DNA of 32,625 nt, from sequence record SRR2962707_5588; one strand, written 5' to 3'. The notes under the pieces were generated by a model that was given only the letters and a program-made list of their open reading frames with translations, had not been told where the DNA came from and searched no databases. The translations under genes and the position numbers were made by a program. Positions 18,927 through 27,373 of this stretch are shown piece by piece (position 1 is the stretch's first letter; every line of letters starts with the position of its first letter).

Positions 18927-20647
18927 CCGCTGCACCAAAAACGTTCTTGTTTGGTGCCGTGGTCGGGGCGGGCCTGACGGCAAAGGCCGCAGACAATGCC
19001 GGCGCGGATTATTTACTTGCGCTGAACGCAGGTCGGTTTCGTGTTCAAGGCGCGTCGTCCCTTACCAGCTTTCTGCCCGTACGCCCCGCGAACGAATGGG
19101 TCATGGAATTTGCCGAACGAGAAATGCTCGGGCGCAGCACCGCTCCGATTTACGCAGGTTTCTCCGTCAGCGACCCAACCCTTGATATCGATGCGTTGGT
19201 TGCGCGGGCGAAAAAGATGGGCTTCGCCGGCGTCTGCAACTTCCCGTCGACCACATCGATTGACGGGGCACTTGGCGCGTTATTTGAACGTGAGGGTCTT
19301 GGTTTCGCGCGGGAGCTGGAACTGGTGCAAAAAGCAACCGACGCAGGGCTAGGCACTTTTATTTATGTGCAAACCAACGCACAGGCACGCAAAATGGTCG
19401 ATGCGGGGGCAAGCGCGATTTGCGTCAACATTGGATTTACGGGTGGCGCAACCGGTGTCAGCACCCATCTGACCCTCGAATCCGCCGCCGTTCGCATTGA
19501 TCGTGTTCTAGAGGGGGTACCCAGTTCGGTTGATCGGCTATGTCACGGTGGGCCGATCACATCACCCGAGCACGCGCTCGCGCTGACGCGCATTTGCGGG
19601 GTGCAAGGATTTGTCGCGGGGTCGACGCTGGACCGGATCCCGCTCGAGCAGACACTGAATGAAGTCACCAAGGGATTTACCGCCATCCCCAGCCTGTCGC
19701 GGGTGCGTGCAACGGCGGGCGATCCCCAATTGGGGTTGATCGGCTCATCGCAAGCAATGCAGCACATTCGCAAAGAAATCGAGGATTTGGCGTTTGATCA
19801 GATTCCCGTCTTGATCACGGGCGAAACGGGCACGGGCAAAAGCCTTGCGGCGCGGTGTCTTCACGAGAGTGGCCCGACGGCATCGCGCGCGCCTGTGTCG
19901 GTGGATTGTGCAGCACTGGACGTTGAGGATGGCGGAGCGCACCTTTTGGGTCGCGCAGCAGGCGGGCGCACGGGAACCGCCAGCCACCGCGGCGCGCTGG
20001 AACAAGCCGCCAAAAGCACGATCATCTTTGAGGAAATAAACGCTCTTCTGCCAGAACATCAGGGTAAAATCCTGAAATTCGTAGACGAGGGGATCGTCCA
20101 ACGCATCGGAGATCACACCATGCGCGATGTTTCTGCTCGGGTTGTGTCCACCACAACCATAGACCGTTTAGTATTGGCTGATGGCGCAGGGTTGCGGCGT
20201 GATCTGTTTTATCGGCTTTCCGGCCACATCATCTCAATTGCGGCCTTGCGCGACCGGGTCGACGACATCCCCGAGCTGGCCTTTCATCTGGGGCGCAACA
20301 TTGTGGGCGGAGAACCACCCAAATTTTCAAACGCCGCCCTGCGTCGCCTATTGGAATACAGCTGGCCGGGTAATGTAAGAGAATTAAAATACGCGGTGAT
20401 GCGCGCGCTACGTCAAAGCAACGGATCAACTATCAACCTAAAGGCGGTCGCTTTCCTACGCCAAAGCCCGGTTGCGGATGACGTGGCAAACCTTAGCACC
20501 TTGCCCGATGGACCTCCTTCCGAGCGTGACTTGATCACATCCGCCCTTGCTCGAAACGGGTTTAGACGTGCTGAAACTGCGCTCGAATTAGGTGTAACCA
20601 CACGAACGCTTTACAATAAGATCAAGAAATTAGGTTTGCAGGTTTAG
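18923..20647 (+). CDS. TIM-barrel sensor fused to an NtrC-type AAA+ domain and Fis HTH
   Basis: ALNAGRFR, CNFPS, CHGGPI; GETGTGKS; RRDLFYRL; WPGNVREL; C-terminal HTH; ATGA overlap with the upstream gene. Confidence 0.9.
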   Translation: MTAAPKTFLFGAVVGAGLTAKAADNAGADYLLALNAGRFRVQGASSLTSFLPVRPANEWVMEFAEREMLGRSTAPIYAGFSVSDPTLDIDALVARAKKMGFAGVCNFPSTTSIDGALGALFEREGLGFARELELVQKATDAGLGTFIYVQTNAQARKMVDAGASAICVNIGFTGGATGVSTHLTLESAAVRIDRVLEGVPSSVDRLCHGGPITSPEHALALTRICGVQGFVAGSTLDRIPLEQTLNEVTKGFTAIPSLSRVRATAGDPQLGLIGSSQAMQHIRKEIEDLAFDQIPVLITGETGTGKSLAARCLHESGPTASRAPVSVDCAALDVEDGGAHLLGRAAGGRTGTASHRGALEQAAKSTIIFEEINALLPEHQGKILKFVDEGIVQRIGDHTMRDVSARVVSTTTIDRLVLADGAGLRRDLFYRLSGHIISIAALRDRVDDIPELAFHLGRNIVGGEPPKFSNAALRRLLEYSWPGNVRELKYAVMRALRQSNGSTINLKAVAFLRQSPVADDVANLSTLPDGPPSERDLITSALARNGFRRAETALELGVTTRTLYNKIKKLGLQV

Positions 20648-20690
20648 TCGCAGCAAATACCGCCCGCGAATGTCGCGAATGTTTTCTGCG

Positions 20691-20707
20691 ACCGCATCAT
20701 GCGGTTT
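20691..20707 (+). terminator. Possible terminator hairpin
   Basis: ACCGCA-TCA-TGCGGT followed by TT, about 45 nt after the regulator stop; short U tract. Confidence 0.35.
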
Positions 20708-20744
20708 GGGGTTACAAAGAACAGAATTCTACCATTGGTCGTTT

Positions 20745-21579
20745 GTAAGCACCAAGGGAACCCCCTCTATATTGGCCTGATTTGATCTGTCATTTGTTGC
20801 GCGAGGCTGGCGATTTGCCTGCGCAATGACTGGGGATTTGATGTGAGCAAGAAGCGAAGAGGCCACGAGTCCAAATACACCGATGCGTTCAAGAGGCAGT
20901 TGGTTGCGGAGAGCTATGCCGTGGGAGCGACAGTTCCGATGGTGTCAAAGCAGCATGGGGTGCCGACCAGCCGGATATATTCTTGGCGAGGTGATGCGCG
21001 GTTTCAGCCAAGCGAAGTTGAGACGCCTGACTTTGTGGCGGTTGAGGTGTCTGACGCGCCAAGGCTCAACGACATCGATCACCTGCTGCCCGAGGCGCGC
21101 ATAGAGATCACGCTTGAGAATGGGCGCAGGCTATCCATCACCGATGATCTGGAAACATGGCTTAGGGCGCAGTTAAACAAAATGTCAGGCAAAACGCCGC
21201 TGGCCAAAGCCATCAGATATGCGCTGACCCGCCTGCCCAAGGCGCGGCCCTACCTGGATAACGGCCTCCTGGAATTGGATAATAACACTGCCGAACGCGC
21301 CGTGTGTCCTGTCACACTTGGCCGTAAGAATTATCTCTTCTTGGGCTCGGAAGCGGGCGGTAAATCAGCCACCATCGCCTATACCCTGATCGAGACCTGC
21401 AAACTCAACCGCGTAAATCCAGAGGCTTGGCTTGCATGGGTCCTGGAGCGCATCCAAGACTACCCCGTCAATCGCATCGGCGAGCTGATGCCATGGGAAT
21501 ATCAGGCCATCGTTGATGCACGAAAAGCTGAGGCCGAAGCAAAAAATGGCGTTTGATCAGCTGCAGCGTTGATGCTTAC
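20745..21579 (+). mobile_element. Internally deleted IS66-family element (835 bp)
   Basis: Left end GTAAGCACCAAGG; right end reverse complement GTAAGCATCAACG (11/13 match); no 8-bp target duplication. Confidence 0.85.
20843..21556 (+). pseudogene. In-frame fusion of IS66 TnpA to the TnpC C-terminus
   Basis: KYTDAFKRQLV...IEITLENGRRLSI (TnpA-like) joined near 21138 to DDLETWL...LAKAIRYAL...LELDNNTAER...TCKLNRVNPEAWL (TnpC-like); tnpB and most of tnpC are absent. Confidence 0.85.
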
Positions 21580-21746
21580 TCTTGAAGTAACGAAATGGAC
21601 TGCGTTTTGTCTTCCGGCGACGCTACGGAACCGCCCTGCCCGCCTCAAGCCAGTTTCTTCTGACAGTACATTTCATTATGTTAATAATTTATTGGCCCCC
21701 GACATTTTACAAACCGAGGGCCAACGCGCGAATAAATTAGGTCAGT

Positions 21747-22724
21747 TTACTCGTCTATATTCAAACGTAAAAGTCCCGCACCTGGCTCTAAGTTACGATA
21801 ACCTAGCACATTGAAGTAACTCATTAAGTCAAGGTTCGTAATATAAAGCGTATCGTAGTCATTAGGTGCGAATTCGACGATGACGGGATATTGCAACGGC
21901 GCGCCTTCGGCATGGATTTTCATAAACCCGTCTTGGGTGACGCTAACGATCCGATTGTTTATACCGCTCGCAATAAAGATCGTTCCATCTGGTGTCATTG
22001 CTAGACCGTCATTCCCCTCCAGGACGCCTGCAGAGTTGATTTCACAACCCGTGTGGTGGCCAAACCAGCAAGAGATATCTCCAGCGCTGCCATCGTCATT
22101 GATCATAATTTTTGCAACAAGGTTTTTTGACGTGTTCGAGACGTACAAGACGCTTTCGTCTTCATTAAAGACCGATCCGTTTGCACCGAGTTGGAAGCCT
22201 AAAGATGGAATCGTGATGGAAGAAATCCAAGGCGAATCCGCCCAAAGCGTGATGTCCAAACCATCTGCGCTGACTTTATAAATCTGGCCCGGGTTGGACA
22301 TCGAAACGTAGACTTCTCCAGTGCTAGAGAACGTCGGGTGGTTTGGTACACCGGGAATTTCATCAAAGTTGGCGAAATGAGTGGGTTCTTCGCCTGGCAT
22401 TACACGCCACAGCCCTGTGCCTTCGGCTGCGTTATTCACCAATCCATAAGCCGCGCCGTCAGGCCCCATCGCAAGACCGGGCATAAAGCCGCCCTCAATA
22501 TCGATCTGCCCCGCCAAACCTGTGGTGCCATCAGAGTTTACAGTAACTATCTCTTTGGACTTAAGAAGGCTGACATAGGCCGTGCCGTTGGCATCGAAAC
22601 CTAGACCTTCAGCAAGCACACCTGCCCCGTAATTTGTGAGCACCTCTGGTGTTTCAGCCGACGCCGGTATCGATGTCATTAACATGCTTGTTGTCGCCAC
22701 CACCGTTGTTAAAGCAAACTTCAT
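21747..22724 (-). CDS. Exported SMP-30/gluconolactonase-like beta-propeller protein
   Basis: Signal peptide; AEGLGFD, PNHPTF, ANGSVF...LYVSNT and NDGLAM blade motifs; GGGAG RBS. Confidence 0.8.
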   Translation of the reverse strand: MKFALTTVVATTSMLMTSIPASAETPEVLTNYGAGVLAEGLGFDANGTAYVSLLKSKEIVTVNSDGTTGLAGQIDIEGGFMPGLAMGPDGAAYGLVNNAAEGTGLWRVMPGEEPTHFANFDEIPGVPNHPTFSSTGEVYVSMSNPGQIYKVSADGLDITLWADSPWISSITIPSLGFQLGANGSVFNEDESVLYVSNTSKNLVAKIMINDDGSAGDISCWFGHHTGCEINSAGVLEGNDGLAMTPDGTIFIASGINNRIVSVTQDGFMKIHAEGAPLQYPVIVEFAPNDYDTLYITNLDLMSYFNVLGYRNLEPGAGLLRLNIDE

Positions 22725-22769
22725 GTTCTCTCTCCCTAGTTGTTTATCGTCTGTTTTCGTTTGGACAAT

Positions 22770-23798
22770 TTATGAAACACTCACGGTGACTTTTCCGTAA
22801 TGTTGCCCGGCTTCAAGCCTGCGATGTGCACCAGCGATATCGGCAAGTTCAAAAACTGCATCATCAAGATTTGGACTAATGTGCCCATCCGCCACGAGCT
22901 TGGCGATTGCATCAATTGCGTGGCCCTGCTCTTCGACCCCGACCCCGTACATCAGTGGAACGAGCATCAAAACGGTGTGAAGATTTGCGCCCTTTAGATA
23001 CAGTCGCGCCAAGTTGTGATCGTTCGCACCTACAATCGTAATCACGTCACCGGCTGGCTTTACCATTGCAAAAGCCGCATCCAACATTGCACCGCCGACG
23101 GTATCAAAGATGACGTCAAACCCTTTTCCACCTGTATGGGTTTTTACGACTTCAGCAGGGTCAAGCGTCCGATAGTCAATAGTGACATCCGCACCAAAGC
23201 TTTTTGCCTGCGCAGCTTTTTCAGGTGTCGAGACAGTCGCAAAAATATTCGCACCAGACAGGCGGGCGAGTTGCAAAGCGATGTGACCAACGCCGCCTGT
23301 GCCGCCTTGGATCAGGACGTTCTGCCCTGCCTTCAAGGTGACAGTATCCTTGAGCGCCATCCAGGCGGTAAGACTGACCAATGGCAACGCCGCTGCCTCT
23401 AGAAAGCTAATATTTCCAGGTTTGTGGGCAAGATAGACGGCGTCGGCGGCCATGTATTCTGCCAATGCGCCAGGGTAGTCGCGATCTTTCCCTTTAAAAC
23501 CACCGGGGCATCCGAACACAGCGTCACCTGCTTTGAACTTGGTAACGCCGTCGCCCACGCTGTCGACAATGCCCGCGACATCACCATGCAAAATGGCAGG
23601 AAGTTGTGGTGTCATTGGAAGCTGAAAGCGCCGTACTTTTGTGTCGATTGGATTGACGCTTGTCGCCCTTACCTTCACCACAACCTGACCGGGGCCCGCG
23701 ACTGGTTTGGCGATTAGGACTTCGCGAAATACATCGGGTTCGCCAGCCTCTTCGACGATCATCGCACGCATAAGTTCGGCGTTTTTCTCAATGGACAA
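22770..23798 (-). CDS. MDR-family NAD(P)H quinone oxidoreductase-like protein
   Basis: SVNPID, ILHGDVAG, GGTGGVGH, GKVTV; TTG start with AAGGAG RBS (alternative ATG 23771). Confidence 0.9.
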   Translation of the reverse strand: MSIEKNAELMRAMIVEEAGEPDVFREVLIAKPVAGPGQVVVKVRATSVNPIDTKVRRFQLPMTPQLPAILHGDVAGIVDSVGDGVTKFKAGDAVFGCPGGFKGKDRDYPGALAEYMAADAVYLAHKPGNISFLEAAALPLVSLTAWMALKDTVTLKAGQNVLIQGGTGGVGHIALQLARLSGANIFATVSTPEKAAQAKSFGADVTIDYRTLDPAEVVKTHTGGKGFDVIFDTVGGAMLDAAFAMVKPAGDVITIVGANDHNLARLYLKGANLHTVLMLVPLMYGVGVEEQGHAIDAIAKLVADGHISPNLDDAVFELADIAGAHRRLEAGQHYGKVTVSVS

Positions 23799-23926
23799 CT
23801 TTTTCCACTCCTTGGTTTTCTGTGCGGCCTTCTCGTGGCGGCACTACATCTCCAAGAAGCTTAACGAGTATATAGTAACACAAAAAACGAATAATTCTTG
23901 ACCATTTAAGTGATTTAATTCATCAA

Positions 23927-24811
23927 TTGAAGATGGAAGATTTAAATCTAGCGCAAGTGCGCGCATTCGTAACCGTTGTCGATTCTGGCGGCTTCACGCC
24001 TGCTGCTACTAAACTTGGGCGCACGCAATCGGCAGTAAGCGCAAAGATTAGACAGCTTGAGGATAGCCTTGGCGTCGTCTTGCTTGAACGCACAACCCGG
24101 TCCGTCAATTTGAGCCGAATGGGGCGATCATTTTTAGTCAAAGCGCGCGATTTGTTGGAGCGCGCAGAGCATCTGCGGTCCGGCATGGCAGTCGGTTCCT
24201 CTGCTGAGCCCATTCGTATCGGAGTTGCGGAGCATTTCATCGGCCCAAAGCTTTTGGATGCTCTTGCTGAGTTGGAAAAATCCAGCTCTCAGATTCCTTT
24301 GGATATGTCTGTAGAACTGACCGATAGCTTGTTGAAAAAACTAGATGATGGAGAGCTGGACGTGGTGGTTGCAAGTCACAAACCTGACCGTTCTGATGCC
24401 CAGATTATCCATCAGGAATCTTGTTTCTGGGCCGCGGCGCAGGACTATGATATTACATCCGCGCGCCCGGTTCAGTTGATTGCGATGCCGCCAGAATGTC
24501 ACTATCGACAGATGGCGACTGAGGCGCTTGATGCCGCAGGCATCGAGTGGCGTTTGCGTTTCACAACATCAAGCATTGCCAGTGCGCAGGCAGCAACAAT
24601 CGCAGGATTGGGCGTTTCGATCGTGGGGCAATCCGCGTTGCTGGACACGCTCAAGGTGTTGGGTCCTTTGCAGGGGTTTCCGTCCCTTCCGACCAGCGCG
24701 ATGTCGCTTTACAGTTCTAATCATCAAGCAGCGGACCCTGCCATCTCAGCAGTTGTTGATACACTGGTTTGTAGGGATGCATTCCCTCAGAGAGCCGCTT
24801 TGCTTCAATGA
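23927..24811 (+). CDS. LysR family transcriptional regulator
   Basis: GGFTPAATKLGRTQSAVSAKIRQLEDSLG...ERTTR; divergent from the oxidoreductase. Confidence 0.95.
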   Translation: MKMEDLNLAQVRAFVTVVDSGGFTPAATKLGRTQSAVSAKIRQLEDSLGVVLLERTTRSVNLSRMGRSFLVKARDLLERAEHLRSGMAVGSSAEPIRIGVAEHFIGPKLLDALAELEKSSSQIPLDMSVELTDSLLKKLDDGELDVVVASHKPDRSDAQIIHQESCFWAAAQDYDITSARPVQLIAMPPECHYRQMATEALDAAGIEWRLRFTTSSIASAQAATIAGLGVSIVGQSALLDTLKVLGPLQGFPSLPTSAMSLYSSNHQAADPAISAVVDTLVCRDAFPQRAALLQ

Positions 24812-25329
24812 TTGAAAAGAGGTTTTAAAGCTGTCCTCAAGTGCCTTGAAGCCGCCCAAGAACACGTCGGTGGTTACGGTCGTTTTAAAGCAAGGCCCGC
24901 TTTATCGGCGAACCAATTGCCGGAGCCGGAGGCGACGAAATGGTGGTTTGCTTTTGCACCTGATCACTGATTTCAATGGCTGCTTCGGTGACGTGCGCTG
25001 CATTGCGGCAAAAACTCTGATGTACATGCGATAAAGTGCTGAGTGAGCGAAGGTGAAAAATCCAATGTCCGCAAAGTCCGCAACTGAGACATTCTGCCGA
25101 GCCGCAGCGAACGGCAGCTATCCCTTTGCAAGCTTTCCAAGCAGCCGGGCATCAGCGTCCTGCGTACTTGTGGCAACGAAAATGGAACTGATCGCCGCGA
25201 AAACCTTGGTGACTCCGCGGGCCGACGGGTATCGCAACGAGATGTAGTCAACTGAGCGCTGAAAGGCGCAGCATCTTGACTGCGACCGAATCGAGTGTTA
25301 CCTATCCACTAAACAGGGGAGGGACTCAT

Positions 25330-25683
25330 ATGGCCGACAATGGTCTACAATTCGGCGCATTCGTCCGCCGCGAACGTGAGGCAAAGGAGATTGGATTGCG
25401 GGAGATGGCCAAGAAGATCGGGGTGAGCCCCACCTACCTTTCGAAGGTCGAGCGGGACGAGTTCACGCCGCCGACAGAGGACAAGGTCCGGGCCATTGCG
25501 CAGATCATTGAGTGCGACATCGACGAGTTGCTGGCCATGGCGGGGCGGATGCCGTCCGACTTGGCTGACATCATCAAGCGCAACCCCGTCGAAGTTTCGG
25601 CGCTGCTGCGCACCACCAGCGGCATGACCCGCGACGAGATCGCCCGACTGGCAGAGGGCGCGAAGAAGGCCAGAGGCGACTGA
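25330..25683 (+). CDS. XRE-family HTH repressor
   Basis: IGLREMAKKIGVSPTYLSKVER; GGGAGG RBS. Confidence 0.92.
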   Translation: MADNGLQFGAFVRREREAKEIGLREMAKKIGVSPTYLSKVERDEFTPPTEDKVRAIAQIIECDIDELLAMAGRMPSDLADIIKRNPVEVSALLRTTSGMTRDEIARLAEGAKKARGD

Positions 25684-25726
25684 AACCACGGGGCATGGCC
25701 CCCACGATGCAAATGAAGGATGACTG

Positions 25727-26497
25727 ATGAGCCGATTTGTTCCCTATCTTGCCGACGAGGCCATCGAGCGCGACTCGGTATCCCTGATCGAGGAATTTGA
25801 GCATGCACGGGGCGTGACGATCGAGCCGCCGATCCCGATCGAGGACATATTGGAAAAGCACCTCAAGCTGCGGGTCGAGTTCGACGACCTTCACGCCCGC
25901 CACAACGTGCCTCGGCCGGAAAACGGGCAAACCGACATTCTCGGCGCGATCTACGGCGACGGCAGCATCTTCATCGACGAAAGCCTCGATCCTGAGGAAA
26001 ACCCGGTACGCGAAGGCCGCTATCGTTTCACTTTGGCGCATGAGGGCGGCGGTCACTGGCGCCTGCATCAGCATCTGATCAAGGAAGATACGGCGCAGGC
26101 ATCGCTGTTCGGAGATGACGGTGCGCCTAAGTTTATCTGTCGGTCGAGCCAGGCCAAGGAGCGGGTGGAGTGGCAGGCCGACTTCTACGCTTCCTGCCTT
26201 TTGATGCCGCGCAAGATGGTATTCGCTGTGTGGGATGAGTTCTTCCCTGATCGCAAGCAGCGCGTGCTCCAGCCTAAGACCCCGATCGAGCATTCCTTCG
26301 TCGAGATCCCGAAGTACTGCTTCCAATTGAGCGGACAGATGCTGGAGTGCGAGACGGACGACGAAGCTCTGGAGCGCTTCTGTAGGCCGCTCGCCGAGCG
26401 ATTTCTGGTGTCCCCCATCGCGATGCGCATCCGGCTGGAGAAGCTCGGACTGTTGCACCGATCCGTTCCGCTGCAGCGACTCCTCGCGGGCAGCTGA
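25727..26497 (+). CDS. ImmA/IrrE family metallo-endopeptidase
   Basis: RYRFTLAHEGGGHW and EWQADFYASCLLMP; C-terminal HTH-like LAERFLVS...RLEKLGL. Confidence 0.9.
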   Translation: MSRFVPYLADEAIERDSVSLIEEFEHARGVTIEPPIPIEDILEKHLKLRVEFDDLHARHNVPRPENGQTDILGAIYGDGSIFIDESLDPEENPVREGRYRFTLAHEGGGHWRLHQHLIKEDTAQASLFGDDGAPKFICRSSQAKERVEWQADFYASCLLMPRKMVFAVWDEFFPDRKQRVLQPKTPIEHSFVEIPKYCFQLSGQMLECETDDEALERFCRPLAERFLVSPIAMRIRLEKLGLLHRSVPLQRLLAGS

Positions 26498-26521
26498 AAC
26501 TTTTTTTGAGGAGAGTGTAAA

Positions 26522-26788
26522 GTGTCAAGTGGACAGGCAAAATACAGCGCAGTGGCGCGGGAGGACGGGTTTGAGACGCGCGACTTCTATCTCGCCTGCT
26601 TCTTGCGATGTACCGGATACGAACTGCTGGATCTGCGTGCCGAGGGACGACGCAAGGTCTTCGTTTTCCGCGACCGACCGTCCCGTCGTGATGACATTCT
26701 GTCGTACTACGGCGACGGGGCGATGGTTCCACCTCTCGCGTTCTCTACCACCGTCAAAGACATGAAGGCGCTCCTGCACAATGCTTGA
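26522..26788 (+). CDS. Small MGE protein (DUF5659-like)
   Basis: FETRDFYLACFL...GRRKVFVF pattern; GAGGAG RBS before GTG. Confidence 0.65.
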   Translation: MSSGQAKYSAVAREDGFETRDFYLACFLRCTGYELLDLRAEGRRKVFVFRDRPSRRDDILSYYGDGAMVPPLAFSTTVKDMKALLHNA

Positions 26789-27002
26789 AAAACACCCTCA
26801 TCCCGACGCCGACCCGATCAGTGGTCCACAACTGCGCGAGGCAATTGATCAGATCAGCCAGATCGTTCTCGACGGGCTTCGCCATGGCCACTTCCGCGCA
26901 ACGATTTCCAGCGGGATCGGCAAGAACAACCGCCGCGACCTCGTGATTGAGGCCGGTAAATCCCACAAGTTCACGATCCCCGAGGACGAACTGCCGCGCT
27001 AA
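26781..27002 (+). CDS. Hypothetical protein
   Basis: Overlaps the previous gene; operon context; DGLRHGHF...GKSHKFTIP. Confidence 0.65.
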   Translation: MLEKHPHPDADPISGPQLREAIDQISQIVLDGLRHGHFRATISSGIGKNNRRDLVIEAGKSHKFTIPEDELPR

Positions 27003-27067
27003 CGGGGCGCGCAAACGGGCGATCCCTGAGACTGGGACGCCGAACATGCAAATGACTATACGATCCA

Positions 27068-27373
27068 GTGTCATCGGTGCGAGTCCGAGGCCGGAGATCA
27101 GGGGCACGGACAGGCGAGAAGCCGACCGTGAGATCTTCGGTGAAAGCTGCAAACGACAATCTCAATGACGAACTGATCGAACGGACCCACGAGGTCTGGC
27201 AACCGCGCCTCGGGCGCGATCTGAGCCGCGATGAGGCGAAGCAGATCGCCGCCAGCGTGACGGGCTTCTTTGCTGTACTGGCCGAGTGGTCGCGGGCAGA
27301 CATGTCCGACCCAGCCAATGACAACGGTGACACGGCAGCCTCCGGCGATGAGGAGGTGTGCGATGACCGCTGA
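27068..27373 (+). CDS. Hypothetical protein (start uncertain, possibly later)
   Basis: AANDN/PANDN motifs common in alphaproteobacterial MGE proteins; overlaps the primase start. Confidence 0.5.
   Translation: MSSVRVRGRRSGARTGEKPTVRSSVKAANDNLNDELIERTHEVWQPRLGRDLSRDEAKQIAASVTGFFAVLAEWSRADMSDPANDNGDTAASGDEEVCDDR

Noticed and set aside
23911-23935. LysR binding box
   Set aside because: Dyads TGAT-N7-ATCA and CATC-N7-GATG are present but do not fit T-N11-A cleanly, so no site is called.
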